From the human T2T-CHM13v2.0 reference genome, Homo sapiens, in assembly GCF_009914755.1 (NCBI RefSeq), contig NC_060927.1: a stretch of 64,000 nt of DNA; one strand, 5' to 3'. A program made the position numbers and the translations under genes. Below are positions 46,080 to 59,499 of this stretch, one piece after another. Below the pieces are notes generated by a model. That model was given only the letters and a program-made list of their open reading frames with translations. It was not told the origin of the DNA and did not search any database. Position 1 is the first letter of the stretch, and each line of letters begins with the position of its first letter.

Positions 46080-46731
46080 TGTTGGGAACAAGCCCCCAAA
46101 ATCTGGCCATAAACTGGCCCCAAAACTGGCCATAAAATCTGTGCAGCACTGTGACATGTTCTTGATGGCCATAACGCCCACGCTGGAAGGTTGTGGGTTT
46201 ACTGGAATGACGGCAAGGAACACCTGGCCTGCCCAGGGCCGAAAACCACTTAAAGGCATTCTTGAGCCACAAACAATAGCATGAGCGATCTGTGCCTTAA
46301 GAACATGCTCCTGCTGCAGTTAACTAGCCCAACCTATTCCTTTATTTCGGCCTATCTCTTTGTTTCCCATAAGGGATACTTCTAGTTAATCCCATTTCCC
46401 ATAAGGGATACTTTTAGTTAGCAGAATATCTATAGAAACAATGCTTGTAAATTTCTTTGACCAGCATGGCACATGTATACATATGTAACTAACCTGCACA
46501 TTGTGCACATGTACCCTCAAACTTAAAGTATAATAAAAAAAAAAAAGAAACAATGCTAATGACTGGCTTGCTGTTAATAAATACATGGGTAAATCTCTGT
46601 TGGGGGCTCTCAGCTCTGAAGGCTGTGAGACCCCTGATTTCCCACTTCACACCTCTATATTTCTGTGTGTGTGTCTTTAATTCCTCTAGTGCCACTGGGT
46701 TAGGGTCTCCCTGATCGAGCTGGTCTCGACA
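46080..46731 (+). mobile_element. MER9 solo LTR (HERV-K HML-3)
   Basis: TGTTGGGAACAAGCCCCCAAAATCTGGCCATAAAC...GGTCTCGACA; 6-bp TSD AATTGG (46074-46079 / 46732-46737). Confidence 0.9.
46446..46545 (+). mobile_element. ~100-bp young L1 (L1PA2/3-type) 3' fragment inside MER9
   Basis: CCAGCATGGCACATGTATACATATGTAACTAACCTGCACATTGTG...poly(A); TSD AGAAACAATGCT (46434-46445 / 46546-46557). Confidence 0.9.
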
Positions 46732-47726
46732 AATTGGCATCACCTTCACATACCAAGTAGGCTTCTACTTTGTTCCTAAATATTTCCCACACCATTTGTC
46801 ATCTGAAATTCCATGTGCAGGGACATAAAACTTGTGTTCCAAAATGAAAAACAGGAAATAATATGCACACAATAACTTAGGAATGAGAAGAAATTTTCTC
46901 AAATTCACTATACCTGTGTTGTTCACAGTATGATCTTGCAGCATACTGCATCACAATAACTACAGAGAATCTAGTAAAAATCCTATCCCAGGCCTACTTA
47001 ATTGGCATCTGTAGAACTAGGGACTTGTAACCTGCATTTTAAATTAGCTCCTCCAGTTACACTTATGCACACTAAAGTTTGAGAGTCAGTAAACTAAAAC
47101 ATAAGTGAATGATACAAGTATAAGGAATATTTCTCTTTAAAAATGCATGAAAAGATGAAAAACCATAAGAGTAATGGGAGTCTGATTGAAGGGCAGAAAC
47201 ATGACACTGGGTACATCAAAATAAAAATAACACATCCTTGCTCAAGCCCAGCTTTGTACTCACTGATTCTTTAACTAAGATAAATTACATCAGAATGATG
47301 TCACAGACTTACACAACAAAGAAGCAAAAGTTTTTATTGGGAGATACACTAAAAGTAACAATCTATCTTAAGTGTTTTTGGAGAACTTGAAGGACCCGCG
47401 TACTGTGTCATGCGTCTCTAGTGTGTCATAGTAGGAACAAAAAAAGGCACACAGTCTCTTCGCATTGTCATCTCTGACCAGCCTGCCCAAACTCAAATAG
47501 AACTTTGTATTATATAGTGTTTTTATTTCATTTGAATTGCCTAAGTAACTTCTACCTAGGGCTACCCAAAGACCCTTACACTTTGCTTCTTTGCAGTTTT
47601 CTGTCTCATATCTTTGAGAATTATAGAGTGTCTTGTGGCCATATCATATGAAAGGTGTCAAACAATTAAAGAACGCATGGAGTGGCTTTTGTCTCTTCAG
47701 GAACCACTTTTCCATTAAAAAAAAAT

Positions 47727-47800
47727 AAGAGAGAGAAAGACAGAAAGAGAGAGAAAGAAAGAAAGGAAGGAAGGAAGGAAGGAAGAAAGGAGGGAAGAGA
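47727..47800. repeat. GA-rich / (GGAA)n simple repeat
   Basis: Read directly. Confidence 0.9.
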
Positions 47801-48359
47801 GCTCAAAAGCCAAAGCAACAAAATAGGTAAAAATATTGTCAGTGCTGCAAAAGCCCCAGTGTTCACACAGCCTTTCTGACAATCTCAATATGTATCCTAC
47901 AATAAGAATTTCAGAACAGTATGACTGCAATATGTTTCAAAGTCAATGTGGTTTGCATGATAAGGCTCATTTCTCTTCAACTCTTCTAATGTACATAGTG
48001 TGCTTTCATGCTGGTTTTTTTTTTCCTGCCTATATGTCTACATTTAACTCTTTACCTCCAAATAAAGAATTTCATCTCTGACCATGACTATATAAGAACA
48101 GCTCTTTTTTTAATCACTAGTTTCATTTGTGTTCTGTCAGCAACTTCAAAATGTACTGTGAATAAATCACTTTGGAGCATTTATCTAAGGAACTGCCATT
48201 CTCACTCCCCACCCCATACCTTGTGTTTCATATCCATGTCATACTCCCAGATACTCTGGGTTCAGAAAGCAGCAGCTGACTGTGTAGCATGTGAGGACAC
48301 CTATCCATGGGACCAGAGAAAGGGAATGGATACAGGGACATTGGGAGGGAAGAGTCTTT

Positions 48360-49210
48360 AGGTTTTCATGACTGGAGGAATGGGAGAGGCTAGGGAGAAA
48401 GGAAAGAGTTCAACTTAAATCAGAGATTTCAAGCTGGGTGATAAAGAGAATCATGATACCACCAGCAGAGACAGAAAAGAAAAAAACTGGTTTTGAGAGC
48501 AAGATGATGCATTTCATTTTAGATATAGAATTTTCAAACTGATGACAGGATGTCCGAATAGAAACATCTGGCAGAAAACTGCAGATGCAATACTGCAGCT
48601 AAAAAGAAGGGTTGAGGCTGGAGATGGTAATGTGATCATTTTCATTTATGTAATGGTTATGTCATTACAATAGATGAAATAGCTGAAGAGGAGGGAAGGG
48701 AGACAAAGCAGAGCATGTGGCTAGATCTTTAAGGTATGAAGAAGAAGAGAAGCCAGTGAAAGAAAGAGGGAGGGATAAGGTAATCAGAGAAATTGGATAG
48801 GAACTGTAGTAGCTCAGAGTTACAGAAGTCAAAGGAGGAAGATAATCAAGAAAGTAGAGATTCAGTTGCATGAAGCAGTAGGAAAAAAAGACCAATGAAA
48901 ATGAGGATCACAAAAACATTAGGTGCTTGCTTCATCAGCACATACACTTAAATTTGAATGATACAGAGGAGATTAGCATGGTCTCTGTGCAAGGACGACA
49001 TGCAAATTCATGAAGTGTTCCATATTCATTAGGAGGCTATTGGTATGTTTTAGTAGAGCCAGATTTTAGGGTAATGAGGGAATGGGAAGATGGGTTATGA
49101 CACCACCAGCAGAAATAGAAAAGAGAAGAACTGGTTTTGAGAGCAAAATAATACATTTCATTTTAGACATGGAATTTTCAGACTGATGACAGGATATCCA
49201 AATAGAAACT
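48360..49210 (-). mobile_element. Degenerate L2 fragments
   Basis: Purine-rich L2-like motifs (TTTCATTTTAGA, GAGGCTGGAGAT, GGCTATTGG). Confidence 0.5.
48923..49026 (+). pseudogene. U6 snRNA retropseudogene (RNU6-type)
   Basis: GTGCTTGCTTCATCAGCACATA...GATACAGAGGAGATTAGCATGG...GCAAATTCATGAAGTGTTCCATATT; near full-length U6 with CpG decay. Confidence 0.95.
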
Positions 49211-49667
49211 GGCCAATAGAAATATAACGTGAACACATATGTAATTTAAAATTTTCTATTAGCCACGTTATTGTCTTTTTAAATCACTCTTCCCTTTAAA
49301 ATCCTTCCACAGCTCTCCATTTATCCAGAATAAATCTAAACTCTTTAGTATACAAAGTCCTTCTAGGATAGTCTCTTATGCTTCCTCTAGCCCAGCCCCA
49401 GCCTGCATGATGACACAGCCATATTGGGATTCTGCAGTGCCTTACATGTGCCATGCTGTCTCACATCTCTGTCTTCTTTCTCCTCTACCTGTAGTTCCCT
49501 GTTCCCCTGACCCCTGCCCCAGTATACCTTTCTATTCCTACTAATCCCTCAAGACTCAGCTTGTGTCACCTCCTCCATGAAGCCTCCTCTAAATGCCAAA
49601 CTCATTCTTCATTTTAACACCCTGCATATCTTTCTTACAGCATTAATCACTCAGCACTGTGGTTTCT

Positions 49668-50110
49668 GGATGCAACCAAGATATCCTTCAATAAGTGAAT
49701 GGATAAACATACTGTGGTACATCATACAATATACTATTATTCAGTGATTTTTAAAAAGATAAATAAGATATCAAGCCACAAAAGACATGGGGGAAACTTA
49801 ACTGTATATTGCTAAGTGAAAGGCAGTCTAAAAAAGCTACATACTATTTGATTCCAACTATATGACATCCTGGGAAAGGTAAAACTATGAGGACAGGAAA
49901 AAGATTAGTGGTTTCCAGGCTTAGGGGAGGAATGGAGGGATGGTGGAACATAGGAGATTTGGGGGGTGATAAAACTATTTTGTATGATACTGTAATGGTG
50001 AACACATGATATACATTTCTCAAAACTCAAGACTTTGTAAAAGTGAATCCTAATGCAAGCCACAGACTTTTGCTAATAATAATGTGTCAATATTGGTTCA
50101 TCAAGTGTAA
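49668..50110 (+). mobile_element. L1MC 3' fragment
   Basis: GCAACCAAGATATCCTTCAATAAGTGAATGGATAAAC...TGATTCCAACTATATGACAT... Confidence 0.8.
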
Positions 50111-51667
50111 TCTAATTTAAGAGAGGTGAACTATTAACACAAGGCAGTATAAGAAGCCATAACATTTCAGAGGGCTGGATTACTAGAGGGCTTGTGTTAA
50201 TAGTTCATTTCTCTTAGATTAGATTACACTGTCCTTAAGAGCAGGAATCATATTTCTTTGTACTTTTGAATCAACAAAGGTGCCTGGCAGAATTCTACAC
50301 TATAGGAATTATCTATCTATCTATCTATTCACTGACTTATGACTGAGAAGAAAAAAAAACCCTACCATGTTTGTATTTGTCAAGTTTGAGCTTTTCCTTT
50401 ATTTGGAAGGTGAAAATATGCTACTTATCACCACCTTTTGACTTTCATAAACTGAATCCCTAATTCCTATTACAGAACTCTTATGTAATGTTAATTATAA
50501 CATTAATATTCTTATCTATTTTATCTATTATATTTCCCTGAAGACTGGCACGTATTTTTTAAGCTTGCTGTTGAAATGGATTGAAAGGAAGTATGCTACA
50601 CATATGACAGGATACGCCTATCAACTTTATGGCTTAAATTTTTTTTTCTTAGGTTGGGGCAATCCAAATATTTTGTTTGATTAGCAACATTAGTAGATAT
50701 TGTGGTTCAGAAGAATATGGCAATCATATATTTATTACTAGTTTGAACTGTTGTCCAATATAAAATACTGCTACTATAAGTGAAGAGCCAGGGAAAGGCA
50801 GATGAGATGAGAAAGTGTCTTGACTAATTTAGTATTCTCCATTCAAAGCAGAAATAACATTTTGCTTCATGTTGACGATTGAATATACTCCACAGCCTCA
50901 AGCTAATATTGAACAGACACTGCTATTAATCCATTACATATGTTCAATGTAGTTAATCTTTTAAATATTGTATCACTAAAAAAGCTCATCAGGGCTCATG
51001 AATTCAGACTAATTGAAGAAAAGCCTAACATGGTAAAAAGTTAGAGTGATAAATCATCTTAAATTAATCTTAACACCTAAAATATACAGAGTAATTACAT
51101 GATACCTAGTTGACTTCTTCAGAACTTGCTTCAGTGAAAAAATTTGAAATTAGCATACTTGTTGCTGTGTCCTTCTGAACTATATAAAGACCTAAGGAAA
51201 GTTCGTTCTTATAAATCATGAGATGTAAATTCACTGAGTGTAGATTTCAGTGTGCATCTTAAAATTATTTCCTTTATTCATTTATTCACAAAAAATTCAA
51301 GCAGTCCTCTTTTTAAGACCTGGAGAAGTGAAAATATAAATTTATAAGAGCATAGTGATGCTTACCTAGAGATACTATGGCAGGGTTCCACCGTGGTTGC
51401 ACTAAAAGGTAGTTTCTGTGAGTGGTAGACTAGAAAATAATCCAAAATCTTAGAGTAAGTCCCCACTCATGTAGATGCCAACAGCCTTCAGTTCCCTTCA
51501 CCACCGACTTCCTAAAATTCCATGTATTGCAAAAATTCTAAAATCTTATCATGATACTAAATTGGGCATTCACTATCAAGCAACAAATTGTTCAAATGGC
51601 TAATCTGATTTTGTCTTTTAAAATTACTGCATTTTCCACTTATTTTGAATACCAAAATGAAAGGAGT

Positions 51668-52135
51668 ATGTATCACTCTGGCTCCTGGCAGAAAGAGACG
51701 GCTCACTCAAACTGTATAATTGAGAAGAATTTAATAGAGGCGCTATTTACAGAAATATGGGAAGGGCTAAGGGAAACCTGTTAGGGATAATGTTTTATTC
51801 CAGAGCTTGCAATTGTGAGAAGGTATAACACCCCTGGATCTGATGTGTACAGGGAGAAGATGGCTACTCAAACCTGGAGAGGAAAGGGAACTTGACAGGA
51901 TCAATAGCCTTTAAAAGAAGAACCATTCAACCTTTTGTGATCTAGCAGGGAGAGCCCCTAGAGTATATATGTTCTGACCTCCCTCTCTAGGGAGATTGCC
52001 ACTGGCTGAACACAATCAGAAGCCAGAGGGCAAATGTGTTGTTTGATACAATCCTTACAGGTAAGTCCCCAGGCACAGAGAAGGTTGGAAAAAAAAATAG
52101 AGAGTGAATCTGGAGAGCAAGTGTGAAATACTCAA
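51668..52135 (-). mobile_element. Old ERVL LTR (LTR33-like)
   Basis: TGTAT...CAGAAAGAGACGGCTCACTCAAA...CTATTTACAGA...CAATCAGAAGCCAGAGGGCAA. Confidence 0.5.
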
Positions 52136-52397
52136 GGTAGTAGGACTCTTGCTGCAGGTAACAGAAAATATAATCAAGCTAATCCAAGCAAACAAGGGAA
52201 TTCATTAACTTACGTATCTTAAAAGTATAGGAGTAGCTCTATCTTCATGCCCAGCTCAGCTTGATCCGACATCTCAAAGGACGTCACTGGGATTCAGTAT
52301 CTTTCCATCTCTCAGCTCTGTTCTCCTCCATGCAGACTTCACTCAAAGCCTCTATGTGGTGGCAAGATATCTGATAGTAATTTCAGCTTGATATTCA

Positions 52398-52595
<198 letters not shown>

Positions 52596-53240
52596 AAAAA
52601 ATTTAAGTATCCCTAAATTAGATAGCATTTTATAATAAAATCTTGTATAAATTTAAGTTCACGTCCCAAAGAAATTATAGTATGATGAGGTAACAATGGT
52701 AGAGCTGCTGTATTTTAACCAGGTATACTACTACATGAACTTGCAACCCACAGTGAATTTTTCCAAGTGAGTGGCAAGGAACTATTAGAACTGAGCTTAG
52801 ATGTGTATTTTCCTTAAATCGTCCTGATGTTTAGAGAAGAAAAGCTTTAACCAAGTAGACATAGTATTCCGTTCTCTCAGATCACACTGATAGGGTAGAT
52901 GGAGATTTTTATTGCAGCTGTGTATGTGCAGATAAGACAAAGTGAAGTATGCAAGTATTTAATCATCACATCTTTAAAATGATACAGAAGATCATTTCTT
53001 TTTAGCTGTCTATGATGCTTTTTTTACCTTTCCTTTCAATAAGATAGCTACATATTACTTTGTAAATTGCTTTCCTACACAAAGTGCATTAGCTTCACAC
53101 GAATTCGTTGGCTGGTTTCATACTTCTCTACAGAAATAAGTACATTTCTAAACTTATTCACTAATGAATCTAAAGCTACATGTTTAGAAAAGCAATTGGG
53201 GAGCAGGATATCATTTTATTTCAGCCTGTTTAACAAGAAA

Positions 53241-53286
53241 CAAACTGAGATGTACCAAAATGAAACAAACTGAGATGTACCAAAAT
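53241..53286. repeat. Tandem duplication of ~25 bp
   Basis: AAACAAACTGAGATGTACCAAAAT occurs twice. Confidence 0.9.
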
Positions 53287-53713
53287 AAATAGTGCACTTA
53301 GCACTATTTAAGATTGCCTTCTTTTTGCCCTCTTTCTCTTCCCTAGTTGTTGCTGGGATGGGAGCCTTAACTAAATGCCACCATGCCATCCTGATAGAGG
53401 TTGTGTACTTTGAATTTTAACTGGTCTCGTTCTTAGGAGCTGGTATCTTTGGAGATCATGTCTCCCCACTGTTTTGATAATCTACTGAGATGTGGCAGCA
53501 TTTTCTTCTGATCTTCCCACGTCTTCCCTAGGGGTTTCCTCATCCTGGCTGAGGAAACGAATAGGTCTCCTCCAAGTCTGTTGAGTTCCCCTTTCTCACC
53601 TATATTCTGTGCCCTTTCTTTCTTGTGGACACAGAGAAACATTCACTGCTTTTTTCCATACCTCTTGGACTCCACAGTATCCCAGGGTTGTCAGCAGGTA
53701 TTCATTGTTCTAA

Positions 53714-54263
<550 letters not shown>

Positions 54264-57200
54264 TTAATTTTTATACATATTATAATAGCTCTTTAAAAGT
54301 CCAAGTCCATTAATTTTGCCTGTTTGTAGAACTGTTTCTATTAATGGATTTTTTAAACCTGGTTAGGGATCACATTTTCATGGGTTTTTTTGCATGTCTA
54401 GTAACTTTTGATATCTATATATATATTGGATATGTTGAATTGCATTGTCTATTTTGAAACTTCCTTTTCAACTTTGTTAAGAAGGGTCTAGAAGAGATTT
54501 TACTATAAGGCTAGTTTTAGCCCTTCTTCTTAGGACTAAAACCAAAAAGGGGTATGGCCTTTTGGGGATCTCTAATGAATTGCCTGAGTGTTCCACAGGG
54601 TCTTTCCACCCTACTTGTTCAGCCCTGTGAAATTCTGATACTTGTTCAGCTTATAGCTTCCCAGTAGTTGCTCTTTCCCTGGTCATTGTTCTTTGGTCTT
54701 GTGGAGTCTCACCCTATATTTGTGCAGATTAGTAAGCAAATACTCAAAAGGAACCTATGCAGATTTCTGGAGTTCTTTCCCTGCTTGGTTCTCTCCTCTT
54801 TGGTCTTCTACCCATAAATTTCAGCTGTTTGTGCCTCTCCAAACTCTAATATCTGTCTCATCATCTCAGCAAGGCTGCTATGCTCTGTCTGGGTTTCACC
54901 TCTCTGCACCTTTGCCCAATAAGTGCCTCTAACCAGAAAACTCGACAATAATAACAGTTATCTAGTTTATTTTTTTTTTCGCTCAGACAGTGAAACCCTT
55001 CATGACCTGTTGTCCGATATCTGAAAGCAGTTGTTTCATATAATTTTGTTTCCTTTCTGTGGCAGGGGATTTGTTAATGGCGGAAGGGTTAGTCTTGTAC
55101 CAGTTACTCAGTCATAGTTGCAATCAGGAGTCAAGGCTTTTGATTTTCTTCATGTATACTATTATTGACAGTCCCTAAAACAATAGTTACCCTTCTATGG
55201 TAAGTGCCCAACTGAGAAAAGGATCACCATTTAATCACGCAGACCAGGAAAAAAAATCAATAATTCCTAAGTCATGCCACCATACCTTATCCCCAGTTGC
55301 CATGCGTCTGCAAACCAGATTTGTCAAATTTTATTACTACTGCAATGACTTTAATCCAGGTATGTGACGTGGTAAGATAGGGCTGGAAGACTGATTGGCA
55401 ATACAGGACAAAAGATAACTTACTGGAACAGAGGAAGAAGATGGGTACAGGAGCTAGAAATGACTTCCAGAAGAAAAAAAAAGGAACTAAATACTGTTCT
55501 TTTCTAATTAAACTGAAAAGAGTTCCTTAGGGAGCTGGTATTTGATCACTTCATGGTCTCTGGGAAAATAAAACATAGTGTGTGGAAAAGAGTAAATGGA
55601 TGCTAAAGTGAGGAAGATCTAAAAGAATTTTCATCCCTCCCTCCAAGACCTAAGATGTGACATGGTAGGGCTAGCCTTAGAGAGGAAGCATGTCATATGC
55701 CCCAAGTGAACATGAGTCTTGCATGGATCTTAGAGAAACTGAAATGAACACCTATGATAGAGTTTTAGGAAAACTGAAAGCTGCATACAACCTAAATGGA
55801 CAAGTATGCCAAAAATATCACATATGAGTTCTCAGAACAGATAAGGCATCAATGTTTGAAAAAGACAAACAGTTTTGTAAAAGACAGACTTCCAAGAAAA
55901 ATCTCAGCAGCAATATGCTGTCAATCCACTTAGTATTATCTATATAAAACATATTTTTGTTTAATCATTTTTAATATAATCTATCATAAGAAAATCTGTA
56001 TCCCAGTTCAACTCTCTTGCTTCCATGAACGCTGGGAAAAGAGTTTATGTAAACCAAGACTATTCCGTAAAACAAATATCCTAGTAAATGGTACAGAAAT
56101 TTCACTGATACAGTTTGCACAACACTAGCTCCAAGGGTCCTACAGAGACTACTTTGTTATGCAATTTAGAAAATGAGTTATCTTTAATTCAGCCTGAAAT
56201 AAAAGGTAATGGCAATGGCTTAGAAATATTTTAATTATACAGATATAGTCAAGGTGATGATATTTATTATTGTGAAATTATACTATTTTATTGTGAATTT
56301 TTTTCTTCCCTACATCTTTAAATCATAAAAGGGTACTAGATATTTTATTCTGTGGAGCTGATGGAAGCTATAAAAAACAGAATACTTTTCCTTTCATATC
56401 CAAGTCCATAGGTTTAGAATTAAGGAACATTTCTCAGGATGAAAGCAAAACATCAGCAATAACCACTCACACTATCTTTTTTCAACTGGGATTTTTCTAT
56501 GATTTGTTCATTACTGAATTCCCAGCACCTACAGCTATTTGGAACAAGGAGATAGTCAAATAAACGTTAGGTGAATTTCTGAGTTACAATTCTCATATTG
56601 ATGCTTGTCACTACGATTCCAATGAAAATGGATACAATAAATTCTGGATTATTGGCTAATAAAAAGTCTCAGGAAAAAAATAATAAAAACATAGCCAAAC
56701 AACTTTCCTAACATAACGGTGTTTCTTTTGTTTGTTAGAAGTGAAATGTGGCCACAGAAATAGACATGAAATGGGTAACAGCAAAAATCTAGGCTGCCAC
56801 AATTAGGAATGATCTTCGATAGCTCAGAAAAGGAAGTCACCTGGAGTCAATGACCCATGCAAAATCAGTCATCGCATGACCCCAAATTTTTTACTCAGTG
56901 CTCAACACATAAATTATTTTTCAGAAACCACCATGGAGGATAAGGAATATCTTTAAGTTCTAGAACTTGAAAGTGGAAAAATAAAAAAGCATTATAAGCT
57001 TAGAAATTTTGTTGATAAAGGCCTTTAAATGAACTTAAAGCAATTTTACACCAAAAGACTATGAAATCTCTACCATTCATATTATAACTCTGATGTAAGA
57101 AATGATGATGCAACTCAGATATTGGCTGTGTATTAAGTGTGAAACCCAGTAGATTAAACAAGGCAGTATTTCTATACATTCCTAGTTACTTCAGCTGTTC

Positions 57201-57299
57201 CTCAAATCATGTGATTTCCAGCTGCTTCACCATCATGGGGTTGTAATGCTTTAAATAGGCTTCATTGTCTTAAAATATGGCATTGAAGTAGGACATAAT

Positions 57300-57715
57300 T
57301 GCAATGGTTAATTATATGTCAACTTGGCTGGGCCACGGTGCCCAGATATGTAGTCACACATTATTCTAAATGTTCTGTGAGGGTGTTTAGGGGGTGAGAT
57401 TAACAATTAAATTGATGAACTTTGAGTAAAGCACATTGCCCTCCATCATCTGGGTAAGGCCTCATCCAGCTAGCTGAAGACCTGAATAGAACAAAAGATT
57501 GACCTCCACCAAGAAAGAGGGCCATCTACCAGCAGATAGCCTTCAGACTTAAACTGCAGCATTAGCTTTTCCTTGGTCTCCAGCTTGCCAACCTACTCTG
57601 TATGTTTTGATTTGTCAGCCTCCTAAATCACGAGCCAATTCCTTAAAATAAATTTCCTTCTAAATATACATATACCCATCGTATTGGTTCTGTTTCCCTG
57701 AAGAACCATAATACA
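57300..57715 (+). mobile_element. MLT2 (ERVL) solo LTR
   Basis: TGCAATGGTTAATTATATGTCAACTTGGCTGGGCC...GAGCCAATTCCTTAAAATAAA...TAATACA. Confidence 0.85.
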
Positions 57716-57783
57716 AGAAGTATGCAGATATTTGTCCCATAAGCATGGACTACCACAGAGAGACTATTCCTAGTCACAGATAC

Positions 57784-58588
57784 CAATTTTCCCCACTGGG
57801 TCACCACCACCAGGATGTGACTGCTGAAGGCCGTGCACACCACCTGGGTGGGGACCCCACACACCACCTCTGTCTTCTGTTTTGATATCACCAACGGCGT
57901 GTCTTCCATGGTGGGGCTCTTCAGTGGCAGCTTTAATTTAGGTTAAAAAGAAAGGGGGAAAAAAGGAGTCAAACAGTACAGCCTTGGGGCTCCCAAAAAA
58001 GTAGCACCAGGCATTGAAACAGAAACGCAAGGAGGCCCATTCAAAAGAGGCCAGGCGCAGTGGCTCATGCCTGTCATCCCAGCACTTCAGGAGGCTGATA
58101 CAGGACAATCGCTTGAGGCCGGGAGTTTGAGACCAGCCTGGCCAACATAGCAAGACACCCCCCATCTCTACCAAAAAAAATACAAAAAAAATTAAAAATC
58201 AGCCAGGTGCACCTGTGGTCCCAGTTACTCAGGAGGCTGAGGGGGGAGGATCACTTCAGCCCGGGAGGTCGAGGCTGCAGTGAGCTGTGATTACACCACT
58301 GCACTCCAGCCCGGGTGGCAGAGCGAGACCCTGTCCCGAAAAAATAAAACAGGAGCAGGGCCGCCCGTACAGACCACACCTGGGGCTTTCTGGGTTAGGG
58401 GATCGACTTGCACGTTCACACTGCCAGGCTGGGCGGTGACTTCCTGCCCCTCGGCCTCACCGGTGCCCCGGCCCTGCAGCGGAGGGCCTAGGACCCCCAC
58501 AGCACGCGGTGCCAAGGCTACGTGGGCTACGGAGGACGCAGTGGTCTGGGGAGGCCCGCGGGTACCCCCGCTTACCAAGCCAGCCGGC
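57784..58588 (-). pseudogene. PSMG3: PSMG3 (proteasome assembly chaperone 3) pseudogene fragment, 3'-truncated, with upstream intron-like sequence
   Basis: ATG at 57909 reads MEDTPLVISKQKTEVVCGVPTQVVCTAFSSHILVVVTQ, matching the recalled PSMG3 N-terminus, then diverges; Kozak CCACCATGG; upstream acceptor, Alu and CpG-rich segment. Confidence 0.9.
58048..58348 (+). mobile_element. AluJ within the PSMG3-derived segment
   Basis: GAGTTTGAGACCAGCCTGG and GGAGGTCGAGGCTGCAGTGAGCTGTGATT. Confidence 0.9.
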
Positions 58589-58939
58589 ATCAGATTCTTA
58601 TAGGAGTGAATACCCTACTGTGAACTGCACAGGCAAGGGATCTAGGTTGCATGCTCCTTATGAGAATCTAATGCCTGATAATCTGTCACTGTCTCCCATC
58701 ATCCCCAGAGGGGACCATCTAGCTGCAGGAAAATAAGCTCAGGGCTCCTACTGATTCCACATTATGGTGAGTTGTATAATTATTTCACTGTATATTACAA
58801 TGTAATAGTAATAGAAAAAAGAGCACAATAAATGTAATGCACTTGAATCATCCCAAAACCATCCCCACTGCCCCAGTCCATGGAAAAATTGTCTTCCATA
58901 AAATCGGTCCCTGGTGCCAAAAAGGTTAGGGATTGCTGA
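58586..58939 (+). mobile_element. MER1A hAT DNA transposon lacking its left end
   Basis: GGCATCAGATTCTTATAGGAG...GGATCTAGGTTGC...GGTCCCTGGTGCCAAAAAGGTTAGGGATTGCTG. Confidence 0.85.
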
Positions 58940-59205
58940 CTTAAAGGTAACCTCTCCAGCCATCATTTGCTGTGTATGAGGGAGAGGGGGCTGGAAACAA
59001 AAAGGAAAATATATTACTTGGTTGAGTTCTCAGTATCTTCCTGTCTATTTTATATATTGGGCTTCCATCTTAAGAAAGTTAAAACAAAATTGAAAGCAGT
59101 TTTCAAACATATACACACATAGCAGCAGTCATATTCTCAATATATTTGCTATTATTCAGTTACATATTTACATATGCATACATGTATATTTTATATATTA
59201 TATAC

Positions 59206-59207
59206 GT

Positions 59208-59248
<41 letters not shown>
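59206..59248. repeat. (TG)n microsatellite
   Basis: Read directly. Confidence 0.95.
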
Positions 59249-59250
<2 letters not shown>

Positions 59251-59499
59251 AAGAAAGAGAGATTAAAGGGAGAAAGAAAAGGATGACAGGTAAGCAGAGT
59301 TTTTTATGTCTTAGAAGAAATACACATGCAGAGGAAATGAATGCATAAGATTACATAGTTTGATGAAATTAGTCATTAAAAAATACCCAACAGGCTGTTT
59401 TTGTTCTTATTTTGGGCTCACAAACAAGCTTCTGACTGAAGTTGGCTTTCCACCGGAGAATATATTGATACTTCTACGAGTTTCTGATTCACATAACAT

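Noticed and set aside
57643-57909. 88-aa ORF as a functional PSMG3 paralogue
   Set aside because: Only ~40 codons are PSMG3; the rest reads through flank and MLT2 LTR sequence
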